NCBI RefSeq assembly: GCF_037042905.1 | Contig: NC_087252.1 | Location: 16,060,001 to 16,124,000 of the forward strand | Length of the DNA: 64,000 nucleotides | Source: Lytechinus pictus | Taxonomy: Eukaryota | Reading direction: 5' to 3' | Shown: positions 49,449-61,008 of the stretch, in pieces | How the letters are laid out: each line of letters begins with the position of its first letter | How positions within the stretch are numbered: position 1 is the first letter of the stretch | Program-made: the position numbers and the translations under genes | Notes under the pieces: model-generated | Databases searched by the model: none | Seen by the model: the letters and a program-made list of their open reading frames with translations, nothing else | Told to the model about the DNA's origin: nothing

Positions 49449-51025
49449 CACTGGCGTAAATCCGTGTTGATGGGTGGGGGGGGGGGGGGATGACTGAAAT
49501 ATTTTGGCATTTTTTTGCAATCATGTTTTTAGATATGCAAGGAATTGTCATTGATATGTCCATAGTGGCGTACCGTGGGTCACGGCATTGGGGGGGGGGG
49601 GCACTAGCAAAATTTTTGAATGACTGAGTGAGTGACCTAATAGAGACATTTTAAGGACAATGTCATTAAACGGATATGTATCTCACTGATCAAATAATGC
49701 GAGCGCGAAGCGCGAGCTGAATTTTTTTTTATATTCACACCTAAAAAGGGACATTATAATCAAATTTGTGTAATCATGATAGGTACCTGTCTCGCTTAAT
49801 AATGCGAGCGCGAAGCGCGAGCTGAATTTTTTTTTATATTCACACCTAAAAAGGGACATTATAATCAAATTTGTGTAATCATGATAGGTACCTGTCTCGC
49901 TTAACAATGCGAGCGCGAAGCGCGAGCTGAAAACTTACATAATTCAGACCTGAAGTGGGGCATTCTAAGGTTTCTTTGTAGGAATTAACTATAGGACCAT
50001 ACGTATTTCATTAACCAAATGATGCGAGCGCGAAGCGCGAGCTGAAATTTTTTGTTAATCAGATCAGAAGAAGGGACATTTTAAGGACTGATTTTAGGAA
50101 TTTATGAAGAGCAGACATATCTCACCAATCCACTAATGCGAACGTAATTACGGACAGGAAATGTTTCATATATACGAAGACCTTAACATGGGGCAATCAT
50201 TTTTGAGTCATGAAAAAAAAGCACATGACACTACATAAAACAATGATAACTCAAGTGCTAGGAAATATATTTGGTTTATATTGACTTGAAAACGGGATGT
50301 TTTAGTACAACATGATTATATATCTCGTTAAACAGACAATGCGAGCACCAGGAACAATGAAGACGTAGGCCCTGGGCAAATTATGTTTCATAAAGTCATG
50401 ATAAAAATGTTTCTTATGTAATGTAACTTAACATAATTATAATATAACATTATAATGAATAATATTTTCTTCTTTCCCCACTACGTTTCTCTTCCTTTCT
50501 CCCTCTTTTCTCCTTTCCCCCTTTCCCCGTTTTTTTTTTGGTCAGCCGATGGGGGGGGGGGGATGTGCCCCCCATGTCCCCCGTAGTTGCGCCACTGTAT
50601 GTCCATATGGAAAATACCCCTCCAATATTATTATCTTTTTTACCCCATGATGGTTTAATGGTTTTATTAGAGATTACATTTAAAAAAAAATTGTCATTCC
50701 ATCTTAATCCCTTCCCAAAGATCCCAACATTGATGAATTTGAAGAAACGGGGGGTTCTCTTCAATGTTATAATAAGGACATAATATTTCGTTTGGAAATG
50801 GTGAACTGGCTCTTTATTTGCATTTTATGATTCAATAATATTATTTTATTTGTTAAGCGGTATTTTTAGAAGAATTTTCACCAATAAAACAATTATCTCT
50901 TGTGATTTTTTTTCTTCATTTCTTTCGTAAAAAGTGGGGGGATGTTTGTACAGGCCATTCCCCCCTCCTCGAAAAGTGGGGGGGGGGGATATATCCCCCC
51001 ATCCCCCCCGGGATTTACGCCAGTG
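49449..51025. mobile_element. hAT-like element, 15-bp TIR, 8-bp TSD ACCCCATG
   Basis: TIR CACTGGCGTAAATCC; empty site in the inverted copy at about 54361-54385. Confidence 0.9.
49563..50597. mobile_element. Nested hAT-like element, 8-bp TSD TATGTCCA
   Basis: TATGTCCA|TAGTGGCG ... CGCCACTG|TATGTCCA; internal 110-bp tandem repeats. Confidence 0.82.
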
Positions 51026-51709
51026 ACCCCATGCACGGCCAACGCGCGTCATTGACCTTGGGATATCCTATTCAAGGTGAAAGCCGACTCTCTCTGCCTC
51101 TTATTACAACAATTATTGGTAATCCAACATGTGATTATAATCATGATAATAGTGACATCTCAGGCTCTACTCATTCCAGACTTTTACCTATCAAAACTCT
51201 CTGACTTTTTCATACTGTTTTGTTCATACTTTTCATTTTAACTCAAATGACCTGCCCGGCTCTCTGACTCGCAAAAGTATACTTTATTGAACCCAGTAGA
51301 TGACTCCTTTAAATCAACTTCATTCATCCGCAGTACAGCTGGTGATAACATGAAACATTATATAGTCAAGGATGATTCTTTGTTATTATTATCATTTATT
51401 CTATTCCATTTCAATGTAGATAGGTTCAGATAGTGTATACACAGCAGATTTTGATACAAAGGTAAAAATAATGCAAGATATGTTATCAAATTATGTTGTA
51501 ATAACAAACTAATTGTTAACTGTTCATTGTTAATATTAAAGTGAAGTTCTCGTTTTTCTATAACTTCGCTTAACTTAACGGATTGTAACACATTTATATG
51601 GATGGCATTCAGAAAATATCGGCGATGAACACAATGAAGTTCAATCTGTCATTTATGTTGACGGCGTTTTCTTTGATTTTTATTATTTGACAAGCTAATG
51701 TTTGTGCCT

Positions 51710-52210
51710 TTAGTTGTAGACTCCATCTTCACCCTCCGTTTCTTCTCCACCATCATCATTATCGTCATCGTCACCTTGATACTGGAATAAACCATCGAAT
51801 TGTGAACCATGCCTGGCTAACACTCTCTTTACGGCTTTCCGAAAATCCATGCCATTTTCTAATCTGTCCGTGAGATCGGACACGATTTCATGATTGATGT
51901 CAGCGTCTTCGAGGTACACGTTCTGCTGCAAGAACTGAGAGTAAAGATCGAAAAAGATGCGTTTGATGGCCCACAGTAGTTTCACGTGAGCCTTTGCTTT
52001 AGCGTCTTCTTCTGCCATTCCCTCTGAGATGTATTTCTGATATTTTTCGTCTCTCAAGTCCTTGGTGGCTGTCATGGCTTGTTCTAACCATCCTCGATAA
52101 GCGAGGTTGTCTTCAGTTTCATCCATGTTATGTGTCTCTGACGATTCGTGTCCATCGCTTTCTGATACGCTCGTTTCGGAAGCATCGTTGGATTCTTCAA
52201 CTCTTTGCAT
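51710..52210 (-). CDS. Polinton-associated uncharacterised acidic/helical protein (166 aa, possibly 5'-truncated)
   Basis: Intact ORF with coding-like composition between the Polinton TIRs. The core (KYISEGMAEEDAKAKA...GMDFRKAVKRVL) recalls accessory ORFs of invertebrate Polintons, from memory and not verified. Confidence 0.6.
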   Translation of the reverse strand: MQRVEESNDASETSVSESDGHESSETHNMDETEDNLAYRGWLEQAMTATKDLRDEKYQKYISEGMAEEDAKAKAHVKLLWAIKRIFFDLYSQFLQQNVYLEDADINHEIVSDLTDRLENGMDFRKAVKRVLARHGSQFDGLFQYQGDDDDNDDGGEETEGEDGVYN

Positions 52211-52454
52211 GTGAGAGGGTGGGTCGCAGCGGCGTAACAGGGGTCGGTGGCCAGGGGGGGGGGGGGGGGGGCAAGAGCCAAAAATTTCCCGGTCATATCA
52301 TGAAACAGGCAATGGCGTCATAAGGCAAAAATTTTGAGGGGGCGATATGGCGTATCGGGCAAATATATATATATAATATAAGCGAGCGAGCGAGCAAAAT
52401 TTTTTGACATTTTTATTGCAAAAATCCAATTTTGTGATAGATTCCGACATAATG

Positions 52455-53045
52455 TTAAAGGAGAATGAAACTCTTGGAGCAAGTTAGCTTTTGTGAAAGC
52501 AGAAAAGTCAAAGAATAAGATCAACAAAAGTTTGAGTAAAATAGGACTAGCAATAGAAGAGTTATGAGCATTTGAATGTCGAGATCACTAATGCTATGGA
52601 GATCCCCCCATTGGCAATGCGACCAAGATCTATGATGTCACAGATGAACAACTCTCCCCTTTTGGACACTGAAAATATACCCCAAAACATCTCTTTTTGC
52701 TCATTCTAATCATATGACAAACGATTCATCAATGATATAATGTTGTGAAACCTCTGTACTTGTCCTCTCATAAAGAGAACACCTCACCTTGTGATAGACT
52801 CTATAAAAGTGAGAATATAAGTGAAATAAGTACTAAAGTAATGAGGGAGTTGTACGTGTGTGACATCACAGATCTTGGTCGCATTGCCAATGGGGGATCT
52901 ACATGGCATTAGTGATCTCAATATTCAAATGCTCATAACTTTCTTATTATTCATTCAATCTTCCTCAAACTTTCAACAATATGTTTCTTTGATTTTTCTC
53001 TTTGATATAGATACAGCTGGTTTCAAGGGTTTCATTCTCCTTTAA
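52455..53045. mobile_element. Kolobok-like TTAA MITE inside a CAGCGGCGTA-starting hAT-like fragment (about 52227-53760)
   Basis: TTAA|AGGAGAATGAAAC ... GTTTCATTCTCCT|TTAA. Confidence 0.8.
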
Positions 53046-53889
53046 AAAGATGATATCATATTTCACCCACCTCTCTTTCCTTTTTTCTTTCTTTTTTTGT
53101 ACGCCACGGTGATGGATTTTTGTTATGATTGTGAGCATCAGGACAAAGCTGTACATGCTCGAGGGGGTCGAGGTATGGTGCTTGTGGCAAGAAGTAGCTT
53201 AATATAGGTCCAGAGCGAGATAAAAAATCACCTTTTCATGAGAATCTAACATGAAGATAGATTTTAACGTGATATTCAGAAAAATTTCCTTTCTTTCCTC
53301 ATTTTTTTTGGTTTGGTTGTAGAACTTCTGGGGGCCATGGTCCAAACTCATCCATATAACAGTGCTTTATGGGTGGGGTCCAGGACAGAGCCCCGGAACC
53401 TATTGATATCAAAGCCATTTTAAACCTTACAGATGGCCACTTATTTTAATCAAATTGTGTGTATATTTATATAGCTTTCACACAACACATAAATTCAATG
53501 CAGTTGTGTATCGTAATCATCCAAATATTAATTGTGAGGGGCACACCATAGCAAATGTGGAAAAATTTGTAAAAAGTCGCCAGCGAGCGAAGCGAGCCAG
53601 AAAAAAAAATGGCCTGTTAAAATTGAATTCTAATTATGTGATAGATTTTTACATCATTATAGCAATTATCATGTCATATATTTCTTTTTCATTCATCTCA
53701 TTTCGCTGCCTCCTTTGTTTTCTTTTATTTCCCCTTGGCTGTGGAACCACCCCCCCCGTCCTGAGGGTAATACAATACTTGGGTTGGCGAAACGTAAAGC
53801 TTAATGCAGGAAGGGTCCATATAGGGGCCCGTTATAGAACCCAATAAAGGTTACAGATGAAGAGCCCCCACTGCACGGGGTCTTGGCTC

Positions 53890-56036
53890 TTAGTTTGTTA
53901 TTACAACATAATTTGATAACATATCTTGCATTCTTTTTACCTTTGTATCAAAATCTGCTGTGTATACACTATCTGAACCTATCTACATTGAAATGGAATA
54001 GAATAAATGATAATAATAACAAAGAATCATCCTTGACTATATAATGTTTCATGTTATCACCAGCTGTACTGCGGATGAATGAAGTTGATTTAAAGGAGTC
54101 ATCTACTGGGTTCAATAAAGTATACTTTTGCGAGTCAGAGAGCCGGGCAGGTCATTTGAGTTAAAATGAAAAGTATGAACAAAACAGTATGAAAAAGTCA
54201 GAGAGTTTTGATGGGTAAAAGTCTGGAATGAGTAGAGCCTGAGATGTCACTATTATCATGATTATAATCACATGTTGGATTACCAATAATTGTTGTAATA
54301 AGAGGCAGAGAGAGTCGGCTTTCACCTTGAATAGGATATCCCAAGGTCAATGACGCGCGTTGGCCGTGCATGGGGTGATCGATTCGTTAACCGCGAGGCA
54401 CTTGACATATCTGCTGGTAGGCGGAGAAAGATAACTTTTTAAACAGGAAACTGTGTAGAGATCATACGTCTGTTTTGTGCATCGTATCCTATACGTGGCG
54501 ATGACGATTGCGCCACGGTGGTGCAATACCGATACGGTGCGATAAGGGTAATTCCCGGGGATGACATCACGGTGGTTGCGTAGCTAACACCATTTCATGG
54601 TGACGTCATGCGAGGCGCTTGACATATCTGCCGGTAGGCGGAAAAAGATAACTTTTTAAATAGGAAACTGTATAAATGTTTTTTTTTTCTTTTTGTGTGT
54701 GCATCGTATCATATGCTAAAAATACCCGTGCAATGTCGCTGCATCGTGTGATAAGGTCGACCGAAAGTCACCAATACGTAGCGATGACGCAACGGTGGTG
54801 CAATATCGATATGGTGCGATAAGGGTAATTCTATGACATCACGGTGGTTGTATAACTGTGTCGTAATACTATTTCATGGTGACGTCATGTCCGACCGGAA
54901 GTCTGGGTCAACCCATTGGGTCATGCGGTCAAAGGTCATGGGTCAAAGGTCATGTGGTCAAAGGTCATGGGGCAAAGGTCATGTGTCAAAGGTCATGTGG
55001 TCAAAGGTCATGACCGGGTCGAAGGTCATGGCTGACCGGGTCAAAGGTCAAGTAGGATGAGATCTATCCATTAACTACTCACGCCGAATTCGACGTCTAT
55101 CTCTGTTTATGTATTTTGTTCCTAAGTGAGCACATTTGACCCCTTTTTATCTAATGGATAACGTCTTCTTAGATAAAGATTTTTCAAAATAAAGAACCAA
55201 CTTCTAAGATTTTAACCGCTTTTAGTGTATTTTGGCTACCAATGAAAGTTTGTTGACCTTTTGACCTTTCCCTGACCTTGTCTTGACCCTTTATATCTTC
55301 TGGATAAGGATTTCTGAAGATGAACCTATCAAAATCGAAATTTAAAAAGTACACACATGCATAAAAACACGGAAACGGAGCTTTCTTAATACTCTCAGTG
55401 TAATTTGCCATTTACCAAAAGTTCGTTGACCTTTTGACATTTCCGGTCATAATTTTTTTAACGGAAGGTCAAGAGTATATAGTTGTGTACACTTTCTTGT
55501 TCAGTATAACAAGACAAGCAATTTAATGTATGACTCGACACAGTCGGGGCAATTTCAAAAATTGACCCCCATTGACCCCATTTTGACCCCTCACATGGTC
55601 AAGATGACCATTACAGATTTGAAAGTTGTTCATCGTGATGTCACCAATCACATAAAAGTGAAAAATCAGACTTAGCCAATTTGTCGAAGTAGATGACATA
55701 TGCTGCCTGACTATGCAATCAAGTTGTCTTTAATCTTCAAAAGACACCTGGGCATATGCAGTTACTTTTTGATAACACTAACATTGTCAGCGTAACTTCC
55801 ACTAAGTTTCTTGGTTTACACATTGATGAGAATTTCAGTTGGAAATATCACTACAATAATATTTGTAAAGTTTTGTCTAGAAATTAATGCTTGTGTAATC
55901 TATAAGTTAAGACATTTAGTCCCACAAGAAATTTTGCTAGTTTTTGTATTATCTGATTTTGCCTTATCTTCATTACAGAGCTTTGGCATGGGGTAAGTCT
56001 CTATATAAAAACCTAACTAGAAAAGATACTTGTCAC
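53890..56036 (-). repeat. Near-identical inverted duplication of 47765-49448 plus 51034-51512
   Basis: Identical 75-aa mirror ORFs (48390-48617 and 55184-55411); boundaries ATAACAAACTAA/TTAGTTTGTTAT and GTGACAAGTATC/GATACTTGTCAC. Confidence 0.92.
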
Positions 56037-57592
56037 ACGAGGCACTTGACATATCTGCTGGTAGGCGGAGAAATATAACTTTTTAAACAGGAAACTGTGT
56101 AGAGATCATACGTCTGTTTTGTGCATCGTATCCTATACGTGGCGATGACGATTGCGCCACGGTGGTGCAATACCGATACGGTGCGATAAGGGTAATTCCC
56201 GGGGATGACATCACGGTGGTTGCGTAGCTAACACCATTTCATGGTGACGTCATGCGAGGCGCTTGACATATCTGCCGGTAGGCGGAAAAAGATAACTTTT
56301 TAAATAGGAAACTGTATAAATGTTTTTTTTTTCTTTTTTTGTGTGCATCGTATCATATGCTAAAAATACCCGTGCAATGTCGCTGCATCGTGTGATAAGG
56401 TCGACCGAAAGTCACCAATACGTAGCGATGACGCAACGGTGGTTCAATATCGATGGTTCGATAAGGGTAATTCTATGACATCACGGTGGTTGTATAACTG
56501 TGTCGTAATACTATTTCATGGTGACGTCATGGCCGACCGGAAGTCTGGGTCAACCCATTGGGTCATGTGGTCAAAGGCTGAACGGGGTAAAGGTCATGTG
56601 GTCAAAGACTGACTGGACTAAATGTCATGTGGTCAAAGGCTGACCGGGCTAAAGGTCATGTGGTCAAAGGCTGATCGGACTAAAGGTCAAAGGCTGACCG
56701 GGCTAAAGGTCATGTGGTCAAAGGGCATGGGTCAAAGGTCATGCGGTCAAAGGTCATGCGGTCAAAGGTCATGGATCAAAGGTCATAGGTCAAAGGTTAT
56801 GGGTCAAAGGTCATGTGGTCAAAGGTCATGACCGGGTCGAAGGTCATGGCTGACCGGGTCATAGGTCAAGTAGGATGAGGTCTATCCATTAACTACTGGC
56901 GTGGTATCATAGTATTGCAGGAATACCTCGAAACGACTTGACAAACCCTAATGCCCTTAAAATCGTATCATCTTTATGATGTTATAAGTGCAACCAGCTC
57001 TTTCCTATTTTCTTGATTTAGGAATTCACTCCAGATCAATTCATTTTCAATTTACTATAGTCTTTGACATGTAAATAAACATTTCATCCATTTGCTTTGT
57101 ACAGAATATTTTAATCAACAGAAATTGTTGTAATGTATTGGAGTATATTTGTAATACTATGTTAACAGATATCGATTGATCAGTGCTCCCAGCTTCTAAG
57201 ACATGTAAGAAAGATGCCTAACATCTTTTTAGGATTTACTTACGAATAAGATTATGAGGTTAGGATTGAGGATGATATGATAACTTGGGCTCCAATTGCT
57301 CCTTAATTAATTCTAATGTGTGACGGTTATATTATATTATTTCTGACAAAGTGGCAACGTCGTGCAGGCATGCTCATTGTAGTCGGTCATGGGTGTCCAT
57401 CATGCTGATGTGATATATTCTGACCATTACTCGATCTCTGGAGCCAAGAAGGACTACTCATTTCTGATTATGTGCTGCCATTAACACGGCTTGTACTATT
57501 TTATCAAGTGTGTCTTTTTTCCAGAGCATACAACGTGAAACTAAACTTAATACCAGTTCTCACGATAGTGATGTGCATAGATGCAGATTTAG

Positions 57593-58414
57593 TTTTTGTC
57601 TCGCCTGCATAGCAGAGCGAGACTATAGGCGCCGCTTTTCCGACGGCGGCGGCGTCAACATCAAATCTTAACCTAAGGTTAAGTTTTTGAAATGACATCA
57701 TAACTTAGAAAGTATATAAACCTAGTTCATGAAACTAAGGCATAAGGTTAATCAAGTATTAGTGAACATCCTGCTCGAGTTTCAGGTCACGTGACCAAGG
57801 TCAAATGTCATTTAGGGTCAATGAACTTTGGTCAAGTTGGGGGTATTTGTTGAATTACCATCATAACTTTGAAAATTTATGAATTTAGTTCATGAAACTT
57901 AGACATTAGGTTAATCAAGTACCACTGAATATCCTGTGCGAGTTTCAGGTCACATGACCATGGTCAATGGTCATTTAAGGTCAATGAACTTTGGCCGTGT
58001 TGGGGGTATATGTTAAATTACCATCCTAACTGTGAAAGTTTATGGATCTAGTTCATAAAACTTAGGATATAAGATTAATCAAGCATCACTTAACATCCCC
58101 TGTGAGTTTCAGGTCACAAAACCAAGTCAAAGGTCAGTTAAGGTCAATAAACTTAGGCCATGTTGGGGTAATTGTTGAAGTGCCATCATAACTTTGAAAG
58201 TTTATGGATAGAGTGAATGAAATGTGGACATGGGTGTAGTTGACAGTCTTAAGTCTCCGTTCAAATGTCATTTATGGTCAATGAACGTGGTATTATGTCA
58301 TTATATGAATGATGTTTTTGTGAATGATTATTTTATAGTAGTTTTCAAAGTTAGCACTGCTGCTATATTAAATTGCGTAATGCAGGCGAGACTGCCAGAG
58401 GCATTCCACTTGTT
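57593..58414 (+). mobile_element. Helentron-associated (HINE-like) element
   Basis: TTTTT-GTCTCGCCTGC 5' subTIR, 3' GCAGGCGAGAC, hairpin TGCC-AGA-GGCA, end CTTGTT; GGC microsatellite and about 130-bp tandem core. Confidence 0.75.
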
Positions 58415-60454
58415 ATTCTTTTGTCGTTCTTGTTTTTTTCCTACTTGCTAAACTACCTGGATGTTGCCAGAAAGAATACTCACATATGTCATTAAAGTGA
58501 TTAAAGTAAACCACGACCATATCGCAGGGGGGGGGGGGCAGCTACCCCCAGAAATTGTGAAGACTTGCATTTTTACTGAAAAATAAATATAATTGACCAA
58601 AAGAATGTACGAAATCCTTATAAATTTCACTTTGCAAATGCAAAAGGGCTCCAATGATATGCTCAGAACAGCACATGCACCAGAAATGTGTAGTCCTTCA
58701 AAATTGGCTCCAGAGATCGAGTAATGGTTAGAATATATCATAACAGTATAATGGACACCCATGACTACAATGAGCATGCCTGCACGATGTTGCCTCTTTG
58801 ACAGAAATAATATAACCGTCACACATTAGAATTATAATTGAGGAGCAATTGGAGCCCAACTTATCATCCTCAGTCCTAACCTCATTATCTTATTCGCAAG
58901 TTTATCCAAATGAAATGTTAGGCATCTTTCTTAGGAGCACTGATCAATCGATGTGTTCATTCTGTTAACCCTGCTGTTAACATAGTATTATACTTATACC
59001 CCAATACATTACAATCATTTCTGCTAATTAAAATATTCTGTACAGAGCAGATGAAGGAAATACTTTTACATATCAAAGACTAGTAAATTGAAAGTGAATT
59101 GAACTTGAATTGAATTCCTAAATAAGATAAAAACTCGGAAAGAGCTAGTTGCACTTATCAAATCATGAAGATGATAAGATTTTTAGGGCATTAGGGTTTG
59201 TCAAGTCGTTTCAAGGTATTCATGCAATACCATGATACCACAGTGAATGTATTCGACGTCTATCTCTGTTTATCTATTTTGTTCCTAAATAAGCATATTT
59301 GACCCCTTTATATATAATGTCTTCTTAGATAGAGACTTTTCAAAATAAAGAACCCACGAAAAATAAGACTTCTAAAATTCTAACCTCTTTTAGTGTATTT
59401 TGGATTCCAATGAAAGTTTTTTGACCTTTTCCTAACCTTGTCTTGTCCCTTTTTATCTCCTGGATAAGGACTTCTGACGATGGACTTATAAAAAAGTACA
59501 CACATGCATAAAAACACGGAAAAGTAGCTTTCTTAACACTTTTAGTGTAATTTGCCACTTACCAAAAGTTTGTTGACCTTTTGGCATTTCCGGTCATAAC
59601 TTTTTAACGGAAGGTCAAGAGTATATAATTGTGTACACTTTCTTGTTCAGTATAACAAGACAAACAATTTGCTGTGTCACTCGACAGAATTGGGGCAATT
59701 ATTGACCCCTATTGACCCTATATTGACACCTAACATGGTCAAGATGACCATTAGAAATTTGTCACCAAGTTGAAAGTTGTTCCTTGTGATGTCACCAAGC
59801 ACATAAAAGTGAAAAATCGGACTTAGCCAATTTTTCGAAGTAGCCGGTAAATCATGACATATGCTGCCTGACTAGCATGTACCTATCCACAAAATGACAT
59901 TTTTCATCTCTTTAATTATTAACCGTTTCTAGCAAAACTTCAGGATTTTTATGAGAAAAAAATACACTCGAATCATCCGCAAAAAATATATTGACAAAAC
60001 CTCAGATGAAAAATAAATATCATTAACCTCAGATGAAAAATCATTATTGAAAAGTAGGAGGCCTAGAAGAGACCGTTGAGGGACTCCACATGATACGGCT
60101 CGATGATTTGAGTCAATTCCATTCAATGATACATACTGCTTCCTGTCAGTCAAATAGCTTTTGAACCAGCTAAGGGCGATACTGACTTCATATTGAGACA
60201 GCTTTCTAATTAAGTATTTCATGGTCAACGTACAGTATAAAAGCTTTCGAGAAATCCAAAAATATACCTTTTGTATGATGGTGGTCATCTAACACTTGAG
60301 CTATTTTATCAGCAAAATGTAAAAAAACATATGTGTAGTGGTGCATGTGCTTTTCACGAAAACCAAACTGGAATTTCGGAAACATTTTGGTCTTGTTTAA
60401 AAATGTTACTGTTCTTTTATATATCATTTTTTTCTAAGATTTTCGAAAAAGATT

Positions 60455-61008
60455 CCCGGGGGGGGGGGGCACTCAGTATAAAATGCATAGTGGGTATGTG
60501 CCGCGGAGGGGACCCCCATTTTTACTCTCAAATTTCCGTTAATTCCAAGGCATAGCATTTTTGTCTTATTGAGAAAAAGAACAAAGAAATCCGCTCCAAA
60601 GCATAGCATTTTCTTCTTATCGAGAAAAATGAAGAAAGAAATCCGCTCCAAAGCTTCGCATATTTTCCGTTACGACGTTCCAGCCGTATTGATATGCTAC
60701 AATGGGCCGCAATTTTGGTGAAAAGCGGCCGCAGAGCGCTGTCCGACCATCGCATCTGCGCTAGCGCACCCAGCGCCCGTGCCGCCGGGCTTGCTGCATG
60801 CACGTACGCCCGTTCCATATGGATGATTACGCAATCACACGCAGGCGACCCGTTCCAAGGACCCCCGTTTTCACAAACATTTGTCGTTTCGAAGCCCGTT
60901 CCGAGGACCCTCCTTTTTACAATAAGCCCGCTCCAAGGCCCCCGTTTTTTTGTCTCGCCCGCGGCACATAACCACTACTTTTTTGGTCGAGTGCCCCCCC
61001 CCCCCGGG
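60455..61008. mobile_element. CCCGGG-G-tract MITE (family of 28043-28586)
   Basis: Same termini and body as 28043-28586; AAAGAT repeated in both flanks. Confidence 0.8.

Larger units (their letters stand above)
48722..56897. mobile_element. Internally deleted and rearranged Polinton/Maverick element
   Basis: GGCGTG|AGTAGTTAATGGATAG ... CTATCCATTAACTACT|GGCGTG (6-bp TSD); TIRs of at least 700 bp (48722-49423 and 56038-56897) with tandem subrepeats. Confidence 0.82.
48088..59874. mobile_element. Academ-like foldback element (TAG...CTA, 3-bp TSD GCA, about 1.2-kb diverged TIRs)
   Basis: GCA|TAGTCAGGCAGCATATGTCAT ... ATGACATATGCTGCCTGACTA|GCA; left arm 48088-48721 plus 56904-57450 is inverted relative to about 58700-59874. 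Confidence 0.75.
47310..60450 (-). pseudogene. Old CR1/L2-group LINE RT remnant split by later insertions (pieces 60450-59878 and 48087-47310; paralogous pieces 26425-26312 and 21897-21560)
   Basis: Minus-strand motifs QFGFREK, GIFLDFSKAF, WFKSYLTDRKQYV, GVPQRSLLG and FADD, then KFLGLHIDENFSWK on the far side of the insertion. Confidence 0.75.
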
